DNA of 61,647 nt, counting the filler. It is 13 parts of 13 records of this genome, joined end to end, with 100 filler letters (N's around TTAATTAATTAA, not from the genome) between each part and the next. Parts side by side here need not be neighbours in the genome. Positions count along the whole stretch, not along the records: positions 19,378 to 24,178 come from SRR15195285_2594; positions 24,279 to 27,788 come from SRR15195285_2598; positions 27,889 to 32,014 come from SRR15195285_2599; positions 32,115 to 36,115 come from SRR15195285_2606; 9 more parts are not named here. One strand, written 5' to 3'. Shown here one piece after another: positions 23,937 to 35,621 of the stretch. The notes below the pieces were generated by a model. That model ran no database searches, was not told the DNA's origin, and worked only from the letters and a program-made list of their open reading frames with translations. Both the position numbers and the translations under genes were made by a program. Every line of letters starts with the position of its first letter. Positions within the stretch are counted from its first letter, which is position 1.

Positions 23937-24278
23937 CGTCGTCCACACTGTCCCGCCTCCAACCGCGATCACAGTATCCGAGGATGTTCTTGTTGAAGCT
24001 CCGGGGAACGCCGTCGAACCCGGCCACCGTCGCGCTCCCTCAGGCAGTGCCAGTTGCTTGGTCCCTGCGCACAGTGTGCGGCGCGGCGGGCACCAGGCAG
24101 TCCAACGGTAGGAATGATAATATAAGGAAATCCTCTCCACTAGCTGCAATCCAGTCAAATCCTGCCGTATCGGCTAGANNNNNNNNNNNNNNNNNNNNNN
24201 NNNNNNNNNNNNNNNNNNNNNNTTAATTAATTAANNNNNNNNNNNNNNNNNNNNNNNNNNNNNNNNNNNNNNNNNNNN

Positions 24279-27200
24279 CGGAGCATTTTGGCACGGACGA
24301 GCCTTGCATGCATTGTACTGGCAAGTCCCGTCGTCAACGTTGGCAGTGCGGGCAAAATTCTGAGCAGTATAAGTGGTGCAACCTCTTACAGCAGGAATAT
24401 TGCAGCCATCACCCAGCCACAGAGGAAAGCCATCAGCATCGTTCTCACAAACACAAGTACCACTTGAACATTGTCCGTTGCCACTGCACTCAAGACATGT
24501 TCTGTCACTAGTGGCTGTTGCAAAGGCTGTTTGGTACATGCACTGTGCAGCATCGCAAAAAGAAAGCGCACTACATGTCGTGTCTTCAAGCGGTGTGTGC
24601 GGAGCAACTGTATACTGCACACCAAGTGCTTGAGAACGGAGTACCTCCGCGAAATCTGCCAGGTCATTCTCAGTGTATGCGACTCGTGCACCGTACCATG
24701 CAGCAAGTGCATCGTCGCCTTCATCTGCACGCTGCGCGGATCGCAATCTCGCGAGCGTCGAGCCGTCGATATCAAGTGCATCGTCCAGAGTCGTGTTGAG
24801 CGCGCTTTCGAAAACACTCTCAACAACATCCGGTGTCCAGTAACTAATGCTCCGGCATATCGTAGCTTCTGTGCACTCGCGATCAGAAAATAGTGTTGGC
24901 GCTGCTGACTCATACTGGAAAGTATAATCGCATTCAATGGCAGCTTGGCACGGTGAGTTTCTACCCCACTGGCCTATGGGGCACACTACGACCAGTGCTG
25001 GCTCTGCGTGCAATCTCTCTTCACCCACGTTGCCCGCGACGTCTCGAATCGACGAAATGTGCAGGTCCACTTCCCCCGCTTTGTCTTCCACGGAGATCGT
25101 GTATGTGAATATCCACTCAGCGGAAAGCGCATCAGAGCCAATGAGAATCTGCCAGTGGCTGTTCAAATCCCACTCGACACTCATACTAGTGTACAGGGTG
25201 ACTAGGCTAGGCTGGGGGATGCCACGCGACGGATCAAGTTGCAGTGTCTGGCCGGTCCTCCGGTATAGTTGTTCCAGTTGCTCTACTGACATAGGTGCAG
25301 ACGTCGCCGTTTTTATACGAGCAAACTCAGCGAATGCCACAAAACCGTCAACATCAATGTCTGCCCAGTCAAATATTTCTTGGATCATGGTTGGTAGATC
25401 CTTTGCCTTCGTTTCGTTGTCGCTCGAGCTCGACGGGAACAGTGGCAGCGGAAGCCCCTGCACGCTCACGCGTGGTTTGCGGATCGGTTCAGAAGTAACA
25501 ATAACTCCTGTCACAGTGGACCCCGCACTAGCTAATTGCGGGAACGGGCGTGTAGATGCTTGTCCAGCTTCATCGCATTGATCAGCCTCATCGATACAAG
25601 TCACGAGCGGCCCAACTTCGCATAGCACGAGTCCAATTGCTGCACACGCGGCACTATCAGGTACGTAGGACATGTTAGAACCGGAATCCTCAGTCAGGGT
25701 GAAGTGTACCATGTCCACTAGCGGTTCGACGAGGTCGATGGTTACAGCCTCTGGGTACTCAGTGCGCTCGCCCTGGTTGCCAGCCGGGTCGAACATTTCG
25801 TCAATCACCAGGCTTGCTTCGGTAATGGGCATGCTCCAGTTATGCCATTGCTCGGGTAGACGAAACGTACTCTGCACACACTGGTGACTTGCGAAGCATT
25901 GCACCATTTGGGCATAGCTCATTTCGAAATCGTGTGGGTTGCCGGCTGATGCATCCGTGCTGATGTTAAGCGGCACGTGATCGCAAGTTGAGCAGAACAG
26001 TAGGCTGAGCTGAAGTCGGTCAACGTCAACTGCTTCAGATAGCTGCACACTAATGGCAAGATAGTCTCCACCGCGAGCAAGCGACGGGAGGAACTCGTTG
26101 AAAGATTGCACAGACGCTCGGCGAATTGTTGGCACAGTCGTGTCAACAACTACGGCACCAGGAAGACGGAATATCTGTCCAATATTGCCTGTCTCATCCA
26201 CAAAATCAGACACCACAAAATGCATCATACCCTCAAGAGAATCTTCACCCACTACCAGCTGTAGCTCGAAGAAATTCGACCACCACGAGCTAAGATTGCG
26301 CTCCACATTTGTAATTCTCAGTGGCATCGTAGCTTCACAGGGGCCTGTGTGAGAACAGGCCCCGGATTGCAACATCGCATTCAGAGATGAACCAAGCACA
26401 GGCTTCGTGAAGTTCACGGCTGCAACGATGATATCGCTCGGACGAGCTGGCCGATGTACACCACGATGAATGGACACGCTTGCGTGCAAAACCTGTGCAG
26501 GTGTCCGATCAACCTGCACAGCCTCGGGAAGGTAGACTGCCGGGCCAGTGTTTCCACTTTGATCGGCGTAGCCGAAGATTCGGAACCCTACAAACCCTTC
26601 AGGTGACTGTTCCAGTATCGTATACGTAGCCTCGTAGATGTCCGAAAATAATGTTGGTGTCGTCACAGACGATGGTGGTTGTGGTGGTTGTGGTCGACTT
26701 GGACAGCTCATCGCACACCGCATCGCATCTTCTGAGTGGCTGCAGTGAACAAGGCCCAATGCAATGCAGGAAGCCTCTTGCATAGAGTAGTTCGCGAAGT
26801 ATTCTACCCTGGGAAGCGCAGCTTCGGCCACAGTAGACACCTCCACTGGCAACGGGATGTAACACATCTTGCAAGTCATTGCGCAAAAGTCGCTGAGCAC
26901 GGACCCGTCGTCGAACTCGTAACCAAGAATAGTGGCATCCGTGTCGCAACTGTATCCTGCACTGACCAGCTCGTGGCATAAATTGCCGAACAAGAGCGTA
27001 GTATCATCATCAAAGCAGTCAGCAGAGGAGTTGTACAGCAGTTCAACCGAGGGCAGGTGGATCAGCTCCGAAGCAGCAATGCGCAAAGTGATTGTTTCGC
27101 CCAAAGCAACTCGATCGGCATCGGGATCGCTCACGATGGAAGGTGAAACTGTATCGATCGTCACCACCGCGGACTGGTAAAGCACCTCCCCCTCATTGGA

Positions 27201-27788
27201 AGCCTTGTCAATCAGTGCCACTGCTATGTCCATCAAACCTTGTGGAGAAGATGGATGAACAGCATATGTGCCGTGGAATGAGACGTCCCAATCGCGACCT
27301 GTGACGGTCACATTCTGGTAGCAATCGTCGCCGCAGAGTAGAAGAATAACCGGGACTCGGACAGGCTCGCTCGACAAAATCGTCACTGTAATCGTATTTC
27401 CGGCTGCAGCGAACAATGCGTCTTCTCCAGTCGATGAGACATTCAGTGTTTGCACTTGTGGAAGAGTTTGGTCGACCCATACGCCCATGCCCGACACCTC
27501 CATCGAACCGAAGTTGCCAGCAACGTCCTGAACCGCCGCGACACGTACACTCAACTGACCTTCAAGTGCATCCGACTCAACAGTGTAAGCATACGAGAAG
27601 ACCACTGCCTCACTGCTATTAGAGTATGTCGCAGAAACATATGACATCAGCCGGGTGCAGTCGTCGTGCTGACATCCCGTCGAGAAGTCTGAGCTTGTTG
27701 CAAAAATTGATACTTCAAGCACAGGTTCCCGAACAGATTCGCTCGTCACAAACGATACCGTAATCACGTCGCCTGCCTTCGCGTACTG
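24279..27788 (-). CDS. Large extracellular/surface protein with Ig-like repeats, EF-hand, Cys-rich and EGF modules (partial at both ends)
   Basis: Repeating I.V..SE.V ... D.AGN.G ... VD.T.P units; EF-hand DIDVDGFVAFAE; PT..SDREC-type repeats; EGF CSGNGQCSSGTCVC; GCT..A.NF..ANVDDGTC module. Confidence 0.75.
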
Positions 27789-28580
27789 NNNNNNNNNNNN
27801 NNNNNNNNNNNNNNNNNNNNNNNNNNNNNNNNTTAATTAATTAANNNNNNNNNNNNNNNNNNNNNNNNNNNNNNNNNNNNNNNNNNNNGATTAGGATTAG
27901 CCTGAAGCGTCGGAGTGTGTTTAGGCCTCTGATCGGCCGTTGGCCTCAGTGCGGTTACCTCTCCTTCTCCTGAATCGGGTACGCTAAGTACCCGGTGACC
28001 ACGCCACCTCTAGCGGTGTGTACGCTGCGCAATGCAGTTGTGTACTAGTAGCCTGTGTTCTTAAACCTGCCCTTGCATTGGAAAAGGGGGGTTCTGGAGT
28101 CTCTCAGTCTCGTTCTCGGCGGCGCGGCGGCGGCGCACAGGCAGACAGCCCCGAAATCAACAGAATGAACAATTGAAACAATGACGGAATGTGAGACTGA
28201 CAATCGCGGAAACCGGCGGAGGGAGTGTTCGTGAACAATTCCAATTTCACTACTCTATAATAGTACCGTGTAGCTAGCTAGCTACAGCTGTAGAGCTACA
28301 ACCGAGTACCGTATACGGTAGTAGTACAGCTGTACTATTCGAATACGTATTCATAGTGTACACTGCAGGATAGTAGGGATCCCTCCTACTATCCAGAAGT
28401 TCCGCGGACAGATGGCGCCCCCGCAATAGCCAATACCCCCGTGAACTCCGATGGTAAGACTACCCAAACGTACTGAATCCGCACGGTTCGGAGCGGAATT
28501 GGGAAGATCCATTTGCATTTCTCAGTGATTTCTCCGAACCCAAGGAGAAGAAGGAGGGGAAGGAGAAGAAGGGGGAGGGG

Positions 28581-31500
28581 ATGGGGGAGGAGATGGTCCC
28601 GTTGGCCGAGGTGCACCGTCGGATCGTGGAGATCGTCCGCAGCGGGACGGGGAGCAGCGATGGGCGCGGCGGCTGCGATCTGGCCAAGCTCGCCCCCGGC
28701 TATAAGAGGAGCTACGGGGTGGCGCTGGACGCGACGAAGTACGGCTGAGCTTTCTCTCGCTCTTTGAATGTCGTCCACGGATAGATGTGCCAAGGCGCTG
28801 GCGGTCCCCGTGTCGCCCTGTCACTGTCGCGCTGCCTTGCAGACAGCTCTGTCGTGCACGTCGGTGGTTCTCTCTCTTGCCCGGCCGGCTCCCTCCTCTC
28901 TCTGAATGTCTTTCACGGATAGATGTGCCTCCCCTTGCCTGCCGCACTGCCTTGCAGTCATCTCTGTCTTGCGCGTCGATGGTTCTCTCTTGCCCAGCCA
29001 TAGCCCTCTTGCCACTCTGCGAAGTGCGGTTCCTGCGCTCTATGCCGGCAGGTGTCTCTGAGCAGTACCGGCGCGGCTGGTTGGAACAGGTACGGCATGG
29101 CAAAGCTGAGCATGCTGGTGCTGGCGATGGACGAGGTCGTGGTGGACTACTGCGGGCCCGGGACGCGCAGCGTGATCCGGCTGCAGGGCGAGAGCTTCAC
29201 GCCGAAACAGCAGAAGCCGAAGCCAGCCAAGAAGCCCAGCAGCCCCAAGGTCGAGAAGCCCAAGGCGCCGAAGCAGCGCGCCGCTCCTGCTCCTGCTCCG
29301 GCCGGCGCTGGACATGGGGGAGAAGGCTTGGTGGGCATGGATGAAGTGAGGACGCGCATCGTTTCTCTGGTGCGGAGTGGCAACGAGGGACGCGACGGGG
29401 ACTCGTTTGGCGGCGTCGACATGGCTCGTATCGCACCGCTGTGGGCGAAGGCGTACGGAAGCAAGCTGGTGCCAACGCAGTACGGCTACGCCAAGCTTGG
29501 CCCCATGATCGCGGACATGGGCGACATTCTTGTGGTGGATCATATACACAGAACGAAGAAGGTGGTCCGACTGGCCGGCGCACCGGGAGTCAACGGACCG
29601 CCCCCACCATCGCAAACGAAAGCGAAGCAGGCCAGGCCAGGCCCCGCCGCTGCAGCCGAACCGCTGCCGCAGCATGACGATGGATGGGGGCAGCCGGCTG
29701 CCCTTGGTGGTTGGGACGATCCTGCGAGCGCAGCAGGAGCAGGCGACTGGGGCAGCAGCGAGGCGGAGCCTAGCGTAGGCTGGGATGATCCGCCAGCTCA
29801 AGCACCGGCGCCGTTTGGAATGGGCCTGCCAGCCCATGGCGCGGGCACGGCCACTTCGCCGAGCAAGAAGGTGTTTTCCGTGTCGCCACGCTTCGACTCG
29901 ATGCAGCAAGCCGCCTTAGGTGGGCCGCTGCAGAGCGGTGTAGGCGTGGGAACTACCGCGCAGCTGTTCGGGCTCCCTCAGCCAGATGCGATGAACGCAT
30001 CCGTGCAAACCTTCTTTGGGCAAGCCGCTGCTGGGTTCGGCACCCAGGGCACCCAGCAGCAGGACCCTCGGGGCCACGTAGCACCTTCGCACAGCGTGCC
30101 AGCGCCAGCAGTGCCCGCACCAATGCTGCCAGTGTCTCCTCCGTCAGACCAGCTTCTGTTCGGGTGAGTTCCGCTCGCTGGCTTTCTCCGTCCGTTTCTG
30201 CTGCTCCTCTCGTCCTCTTCGGTTGAAAAAGAGCTGACACCTGCTGTGCAATAGGGCGCCGCTGCCTGACGAAGGATGGGGCAGCTCTGCAGCTGCGGAC
30301 TCTTCTGTCGTGAATGCGGCTGAGGTACGAAGGGACATACCATTGGTCGACCCTGCAGTGGCGGCAGAGCGTGCTGCCGCCAAGAAAGCCAAGGAGGAAA
30401 GGAAACGTGCAGCTCAAAAAGCCAAGCGGGAAGAGGCCAAGCTCAGGAAACGGGCTGCAGCGGAGGAGAGGAAGGCCGCGGAAGCAGAGGCTCGCAAGCA
30501 GAAAAAGGAGCTAGAACAGGCTGGGAAGCGGGGCAAGGCGTTGTGTGGCAAGCTGCGCAGCTCCCTCTCTGCTCTCGATCCCAGATTGATGTGGACCGCG
30601 CTCGCAGACGCGGATCGTTTTCAAGCACAATTTGCAGATGTTGACCTCCCGGCGGTGGCACAAGAGGTGGAAGCTATCGCTAAATTACGGGTCGATGTGA
30701 AGACCGCCTACACGGCGCAGGCGCTGCAGGCTGTTGAAGCGATGACGAATTTGCTTGATTCAGATGCTGACCTAGGAGCAGTGTGTTCGGCAGTTGACAC
30801 ATTTGATTCATTTTCAAACGATAGTACAGTGGAAGCAATACGGGGCGTGCTGCTAAACAAGGTCGATGCAGCCAAGACGGAGCTACGAGAAGCGGCAGCG
30901 GCTGCCGAAGGGCGACCCGCTGCGTTCGCTGAACTAAATTCGATTATCGAGAAGTACGCGAGCCACTCTCGCATCTTGTATGCGGAGATCCGTGATGCCA
31001 AGACGACAAAGTCATCTCTTTTATCGCAATGCGCCAGAGAGCTGGGAGGGCTGGTGCATAAGTCGACGAAGAAGGGCAGTACTGTAACGGCAGCCCAGAT
31101 AGAGAAGAAGTTGGCTCAGTATGATGGTTTTCCTGAGGAAGGCAGCATCGGCGAGTCAATGTCAACGCTCCGCCCGCTGCTAGCCAAGACGCGAAAAGAG
31201 GAGGAAGCGAAGGCCAAGGTGAAGGCAGCACAGAAGGCCAAGGAGGACGCGTTGAGGGCTAAGAAAGAGCGCGCGGAGCAGCAAGCCAAAGAAGACGCTG
31301 AGTTTTGGGCAGCGCATGAGCAAGCAACCCTCGCGGAGCAGACTCGGCAGGATCAGTTGATGGCGGAGGCGGCAGCTAGAGCAGAAGCTATAGCAGCCGC
31401 AAAGGAGGCTGAGAGGCAGGAGGCCGAAAACGCTGCTGCGGCACGAAAAGCCGAGGAGGAAGCTGCGAAAAAGACGAAGGAATTGACCGCAGAAGAAAAG

Positions 31501-32013
31501 GCGGAGCGTAAGGCTGCGAAGAAGGCGCGGCAGGCAGCAGAAAAGGAAAAAGCAAATGAGGAGAAGAAACGGCAGCAAGCAGTGCAGGCCGAAGAGGCAG
31601 CTGCAGAATTCGCTGCCGAATCAATGAAAATAGCATCGGTGCTGAAGACATCGCCGCACTTCTCTCCACTGCGAGAGGGGGATGGTCTGTCTGGCGGCAA
31701 AGGGGCGAAAAAGGTAGCATGGCTTGACCTCGACGAAGAGGCGGCGCAGGAGCGGGAGATGAGGAAGGCTGAGAAAAAGCGGGAAGCCAATAGGAAAAAG
31801 AAGCAAAAGAAAAAACAGAAGGAAGCCGAAAAGAAAGCTGCCGCAGCTGCTGCCACCGGAACAGCGGAGCCGGAAGCAGCAGACGTGGGCGATGGCACCG
31901 CTGAGCAGGCCGATCAAGGTGGCGAAGACGACGACAACAATTTTGATGACGTCGTCGACTTCGCAACAGACAGCTACAAAGAGCATTACGATGCGATGGA
32001 AGAGCTTGATTAG
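28581..32013 (+). CDS. Protein with two LOTUS/OST-HTH domains and a long charged coiled-coil C-terminus; exons ~28581-28738, 29090-30163, 30255-32013
   Basis: Two copies of (H/T)RIV..VRSG...G.D.A...P...YG..L....YG.AKL..L...M. Introns 28739-29089 and 30164-30254 restore the frame. Start codon uncertain. Confidence 0.75.
28754..28999. repeat. Imperfect tandem duplication (about 130-140 bp unit) inside intron 1 of the LOTUS gene
   Basis: GAATGTCGTCCACGGATAGATGTGCC vs GAATGTCTTTCACGGATAGATGTGCC; CTGCCTTGCAG..CTCTGTC..GGTTCTCTCT..TGCCC also occurs twice. Confidence 0.85.
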
Positions 32014-32114
32014 CNNNNNNNNNNNNNNNNNNNNNNNNNNNNNNNNNNNNNNNNNNNNTTAATTAATTAANNNNNNNNNNNNNNNNNNNNNNNNNNNNNN
32101 NNNNNNNNNNNNNN

Positions 32115-33458
32115 CGAGCCCGAGCCCGAGCCGGAGCCGGAGCCACCGCTCTAGATAACGTGGAGCCTGCAGGCGGAGCCGGCACTATGTGATGTGCTCT
32201 GTGGTAATGGCGTATGATCCAGCCGATGCTGAGCGCTTTGCACATCGCCCAGTCTTTGGCCAGTACGAGAGAGTCACTACACGAGGTGATGCCACGCTTT
32301 CGGCCACAACGTATGATCGCCCTGCCGACTGCAGCTGAAGAAAGGACTTGCGTTGCGTGGATGAGTAGTTTGCAGCGTCTACGAGCCAACCCAGCTTTTC
32401 GACACCCAAATTACGTGGCGCTGTCTCCGGGGACAAAATTCCGAATGGCACACGGCTACGAGAAGCTCATGCAGATCCTACTAGTCGCAATGGTTTACGA
32501 GGGATGCTCGAGTCCGGTCCGTGGAGCAGTGCCAGCAGCCAAATGTGAGAATGGCCATGACCTACTGCCGGCTACAGATCCTATGGCGTTTGAGGCTGAC
32601 GTCAACGAAGGATGGGACCGAGAAGGTCTCTGTTCTGAGTGCTGTCGACCACTGCCAGAAGGTGCACACGGGGATGGGGCATACGGAGAGCGATTCAATG
32701 TCCAGACAACGTTAGACTTCTTGCCGCGCGGGTCGTTCCAAGGCTGCCGGGAGTGCAAGTACGGCCTGTGCCCTGGCTGTTCTTTCATGGTTGGATCGCA
32801 AGCTAAAACCGCTGTACAAGCCACTGAAGATATTCTTATCGGGCTGAATACCATCATCTTGCAGACAATAAACGTGGCCGGGTGGGAGGAAGGTTATAAG
32901 GTCACGATTGCGATGCTGCTGGCTCAATGGGTTCCGATTTGCAGCCAGATCAACTTTGTAGGTGTCGCTGGCGGTGAGCCCGAAGATATTGTTGACGAAA
33001 GTGGCGCCGTCGGGTGTGCGAGGGTAGCTGCGATGGTCGTGATCGAACCCACGATGAGGGCTGGCACGCAAACGAAGCACCAGAACTTGACGAGGCGTGG
33101 GTACTGGATCATCGGGTGGAACGCTTGCAGACCGTATATGGGGAGGCGACTAGAGCACCGGGAGCAGCAGCACGAAGTTCTTTCGGCGTCGACGTCAAAC
33201 GCATGCCGATGGCAGACTGACGTCGGTGACGAGTCAACCCAACGAGTGACACTCGTCTGCGAAGCAATGCTTGGTAGCTTGGTACACCAAAGGAAGGCAG
33301 GGTATAATGCTCCGATTGCTGCGCGCAAATTGTTGCAAGCTGGCGCAGTAGTACGCAGTGCAAATCTGTACGCGAGCCCTGCGCCGCCTCTCAGAGGCTA
33401 TTGTGAGCTACCGAGCTGCTGGAAGCCACGCATCTGCTGCGGACTCGGGCAATGTTGA
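32115..33458 (+). CDS. Hypothetical protein with a C1/ZZ-like Cys/His finger (5' partial)
   Basis: Open frame from EPEP repeats at the contig start; CENGHDL..CSECC..CRECKYGLCPGC. Confidence 0.55.
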
Positions 33459-33599
33459 GTGACCGAAAGTACCGGGTAAGAAGCGGCAAATGAGAATTTA
33501 ACATTTCGGTGTAAGATCGTACAGTTTCAGCGCTATCGGTTGACATAGCGTGCCACATATGAGTGATTGTCATCGTTTCGCGAGAGTTCATGCGAAAGT

Positions 33600-34997
33600 C
33601 TACCATCCTGTCTTGTGCATCTGGGCAAAGAAGGCCTCGAAACCGCTCATGCTTCCCAAGCCAGCTCCTGCACCAAACCCTCCGTAGTCATCGTCGTCCG
33701 AAGAGTAGCACAGCGCTCGAGGGTTGCTCTGAATAGCAGCTTGGGCGCGGGGTCCGAGCACTGCATTTGTTGTGCTGACTTCGAATTCACTGTGCTGATG
33801 CCCTTCAGAGAGCGACGACGCGAGCGGATGTGTGTGCAAGAACGTAATTTGCTCGAGACTGTAGCAACCGTCAAGGCGAAGCGAGGTCAGGTTGGGGGCC
33901 CAGATAGAAAGCGAAGGCAGAGAATCTGCACGGTGGAGGTCGATTGACTCGAGCTGATTGCTCGCAAATGCCAGGTTACCCGACGAGATATCGATGGCGT
34001 ACTCCGGCGTGCCTGGTGCGGCGACGATCCACAACTTGTACGAGTCGAAGGTTCGCAGCTTTGTTGCGGCAGTCAGTAGCTTATTGATGATCCTGGCTTC
34101 GCCTTGCCAATATTGGATGGAAAACTCTGAGAGCTCGCTGCACTGCACATCAAGGTCACATGCTTTCACATATCTGCCGTCTGGGACGTTTTGCAGTTTA
34201 AGCTTCGAGAGTTCGGGAGTCAGCTCATCATTCAGCGTGATGCGCTCAAACGGAATGTCAAGCAGGTGCAAGACCTTCAGCCGCGGAAGCCGATGGTTTA
34301 GGGTGATCAGATTCTTGTTGGAGTCATCGAAACCGCCGCTTGAATCAGTAATAGTCAGAACCCGGACGTCGGGCATGATGTTTGAAATGGAATCGATTTG
34401 CTGCTGGAGGTCTGGCCCGTGTCTCAAGTGCATCTCGTCGAGTAGAACTCGGCGCGAGTCACTGTTGGAAATCGGCTTGGTCGTATGTTCGCCCTGGAAG
34501 CACCATTGGCAAGCTTGCCCCTTAGACGTGCACTGGAAGCTGCCATTCTGGAACGCACCAGAGTATTCCCTTGCGCATGCTCCGCAGTCATAGGTGGAAT
34601 GATTGCCGCAAGAATAGAGCCAGGTGCGGTGGTGTGCGGGGTGCGGGACAAGGCACTTGCCCTTCGTGGAGTCTCTGAGGCAGCGTGTGCATCGCGGAGC
34701 AGCTCCCGTCAATTCTGTGATGTTCTGAGGCATCACGTTTAGCTTTCGCCCGTTCCCTGTTGGCGACCAGAGACGAACGACATAGCGGCCTTTGGCTTCG
34801 TCAAACGACCGAATCTCGGCTTGCTTTCCGTTCATGTGCACCGCCTTCTGCAAATTACAGATGATGACCGCTGTGCCGCAGCCGAGGAGCTCTTCGCTAG
34901 CAGCAATTTCGTCAACCGGCATGGGCTTGCGTCCGCTATCCGGGTCTACTCTTTCCTCGTGTCCGGGCTGCTGCGACACGGTGTCCGCGTTCAGCAA
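33600..34997 (-). CDS. LRR-like protein with N-terminal SH3/KOW-like and Zn-finger-like segments
   Basis: GTAVIICNLQKAVHMNGKQAEIRSFDEAKGRYVVRL; CTRC..C..PH..CGAC..WCF; LRR-type LPRLKVLHL, LSKLKLQNV, PNLTSLRLDGCYSL. Start uncertain. Confidence 0.65.
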   Translation of the reverse strand: MLNADTVSQQPGHEERVDPDSGRKPMPVDEIAASEELLGCGTAVIICNLQKAVHMNGKQAEIRSFDEAKGRYVVRLWSPTGNGRKLNVMPQNITELTGAAPRCTRCLRDSTKGKCLVPHPAHHRTWLYSCGNHSTYDCGACAREYSGAFQNGSFQCTSKGQACQWCFQGEHTTKPISNSDSRRVLLDEMHLRHGPDLQQQIDSISNIMPDVRVLTITDSSGGFDDSNKNLITLNHRLPRLKVLHLLDIPFERITLNDELTPELSKLKLQNVPDGRYVKACDLDVQCSELSEFSIQYWQGEARIINKLLTAATKLRTFDSYKLWIVAAPGTPEYAIDISSGNLAFASNQLESIDLHRADSLPSLSIWAPNLTSLRLDGCYSLEQITFLHTHPLASSLSEGHQHSEFEVSTTNAVLGPRAQAAIQSNPRALCYSSDDDDYGGFGAGAGLGSMSGFEAFFAQMHKTGW

Positions 34998-35249
34998 GGG
35001 TTTCGGTGGTAGTTGCGCTCCCCTTCTCCCTCAGCTCCGCGCTCCCTCTTCACCCAAGACCCTCTGCTCTGCAATTTGCGCTGCCTCCCCCCTTCAACTC
35101 AGACCTCAGCAAGACTCCCTGCTCCGCAGGGAGTCTCCGGAGCAGAGACTCTCCGCTCCGCTCCCTTTCTCCTTTCAGCTCACTCCTCAGCCCGCCCTCA
35201 GCAACACCCTGCGCTTCGCGTTCAGCTTGACCCCCGCGCTGTATGTGTA

Positions 35250-35383
35250 CCGTGGTTTTGGAGGTAAGGGCACATCGCATACAGGGCACACTTCGTGAAA
35301 ATCAGGTCGTGCTACAATGGACATACAGTGGATATCCTGCTGCACACCTGGTCCAAACCTTCGGGCACAGGACCAAACTACGG
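35250..35383 (-). mobile_element. Degenerate MITE copy (CCGT..ACGG termini), inverted relative to the 35455-35621 copy
   Basis: TA|CCGTGGTTTTGG..CCAAACTACGG; its core ATCCTGCTGCACACCTGGTCCAAAC is the reverse complement of about 35494-35518. Confidence 0.75.
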
Positions 35384-35454
35384 AAGGCGGAGAGGCTGGC
35401 GCAGTGATTTGTCTCCCTGTGTCCAGGGGAGGCGAAGGCTCACACGATTTTATA

Positions 35455-35621
35455 CCGTAGTTTTGGTCCTAAGCACCTAAGGGCGCATCGAAAGTTTGGA
35501 CCAGGTGTGCAGCAGGATTTCAGTTTCTATAAATACCCAGGTTGTGGCACACACTGGTTTGCACGAATTGTGCCCTGTACTAGTACATGTATGCGATGCG
35601 CCCTTAGGGCCAAAACTACGG
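35455..35621 (+). mobile_element. 167-bp MITE, Tc1/mariner-pogo type (TA TSD, CCGTA termini)
   Basis: TA|CCGTAGTTTTGGTCCTAAG..CCTAAGGGCGCATCG ... CGATGCGCCCTTAGGGCCAAAACTACGG|TA: terminal inverted repeats flanked by TA on both sides. Confidence 0.85.
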
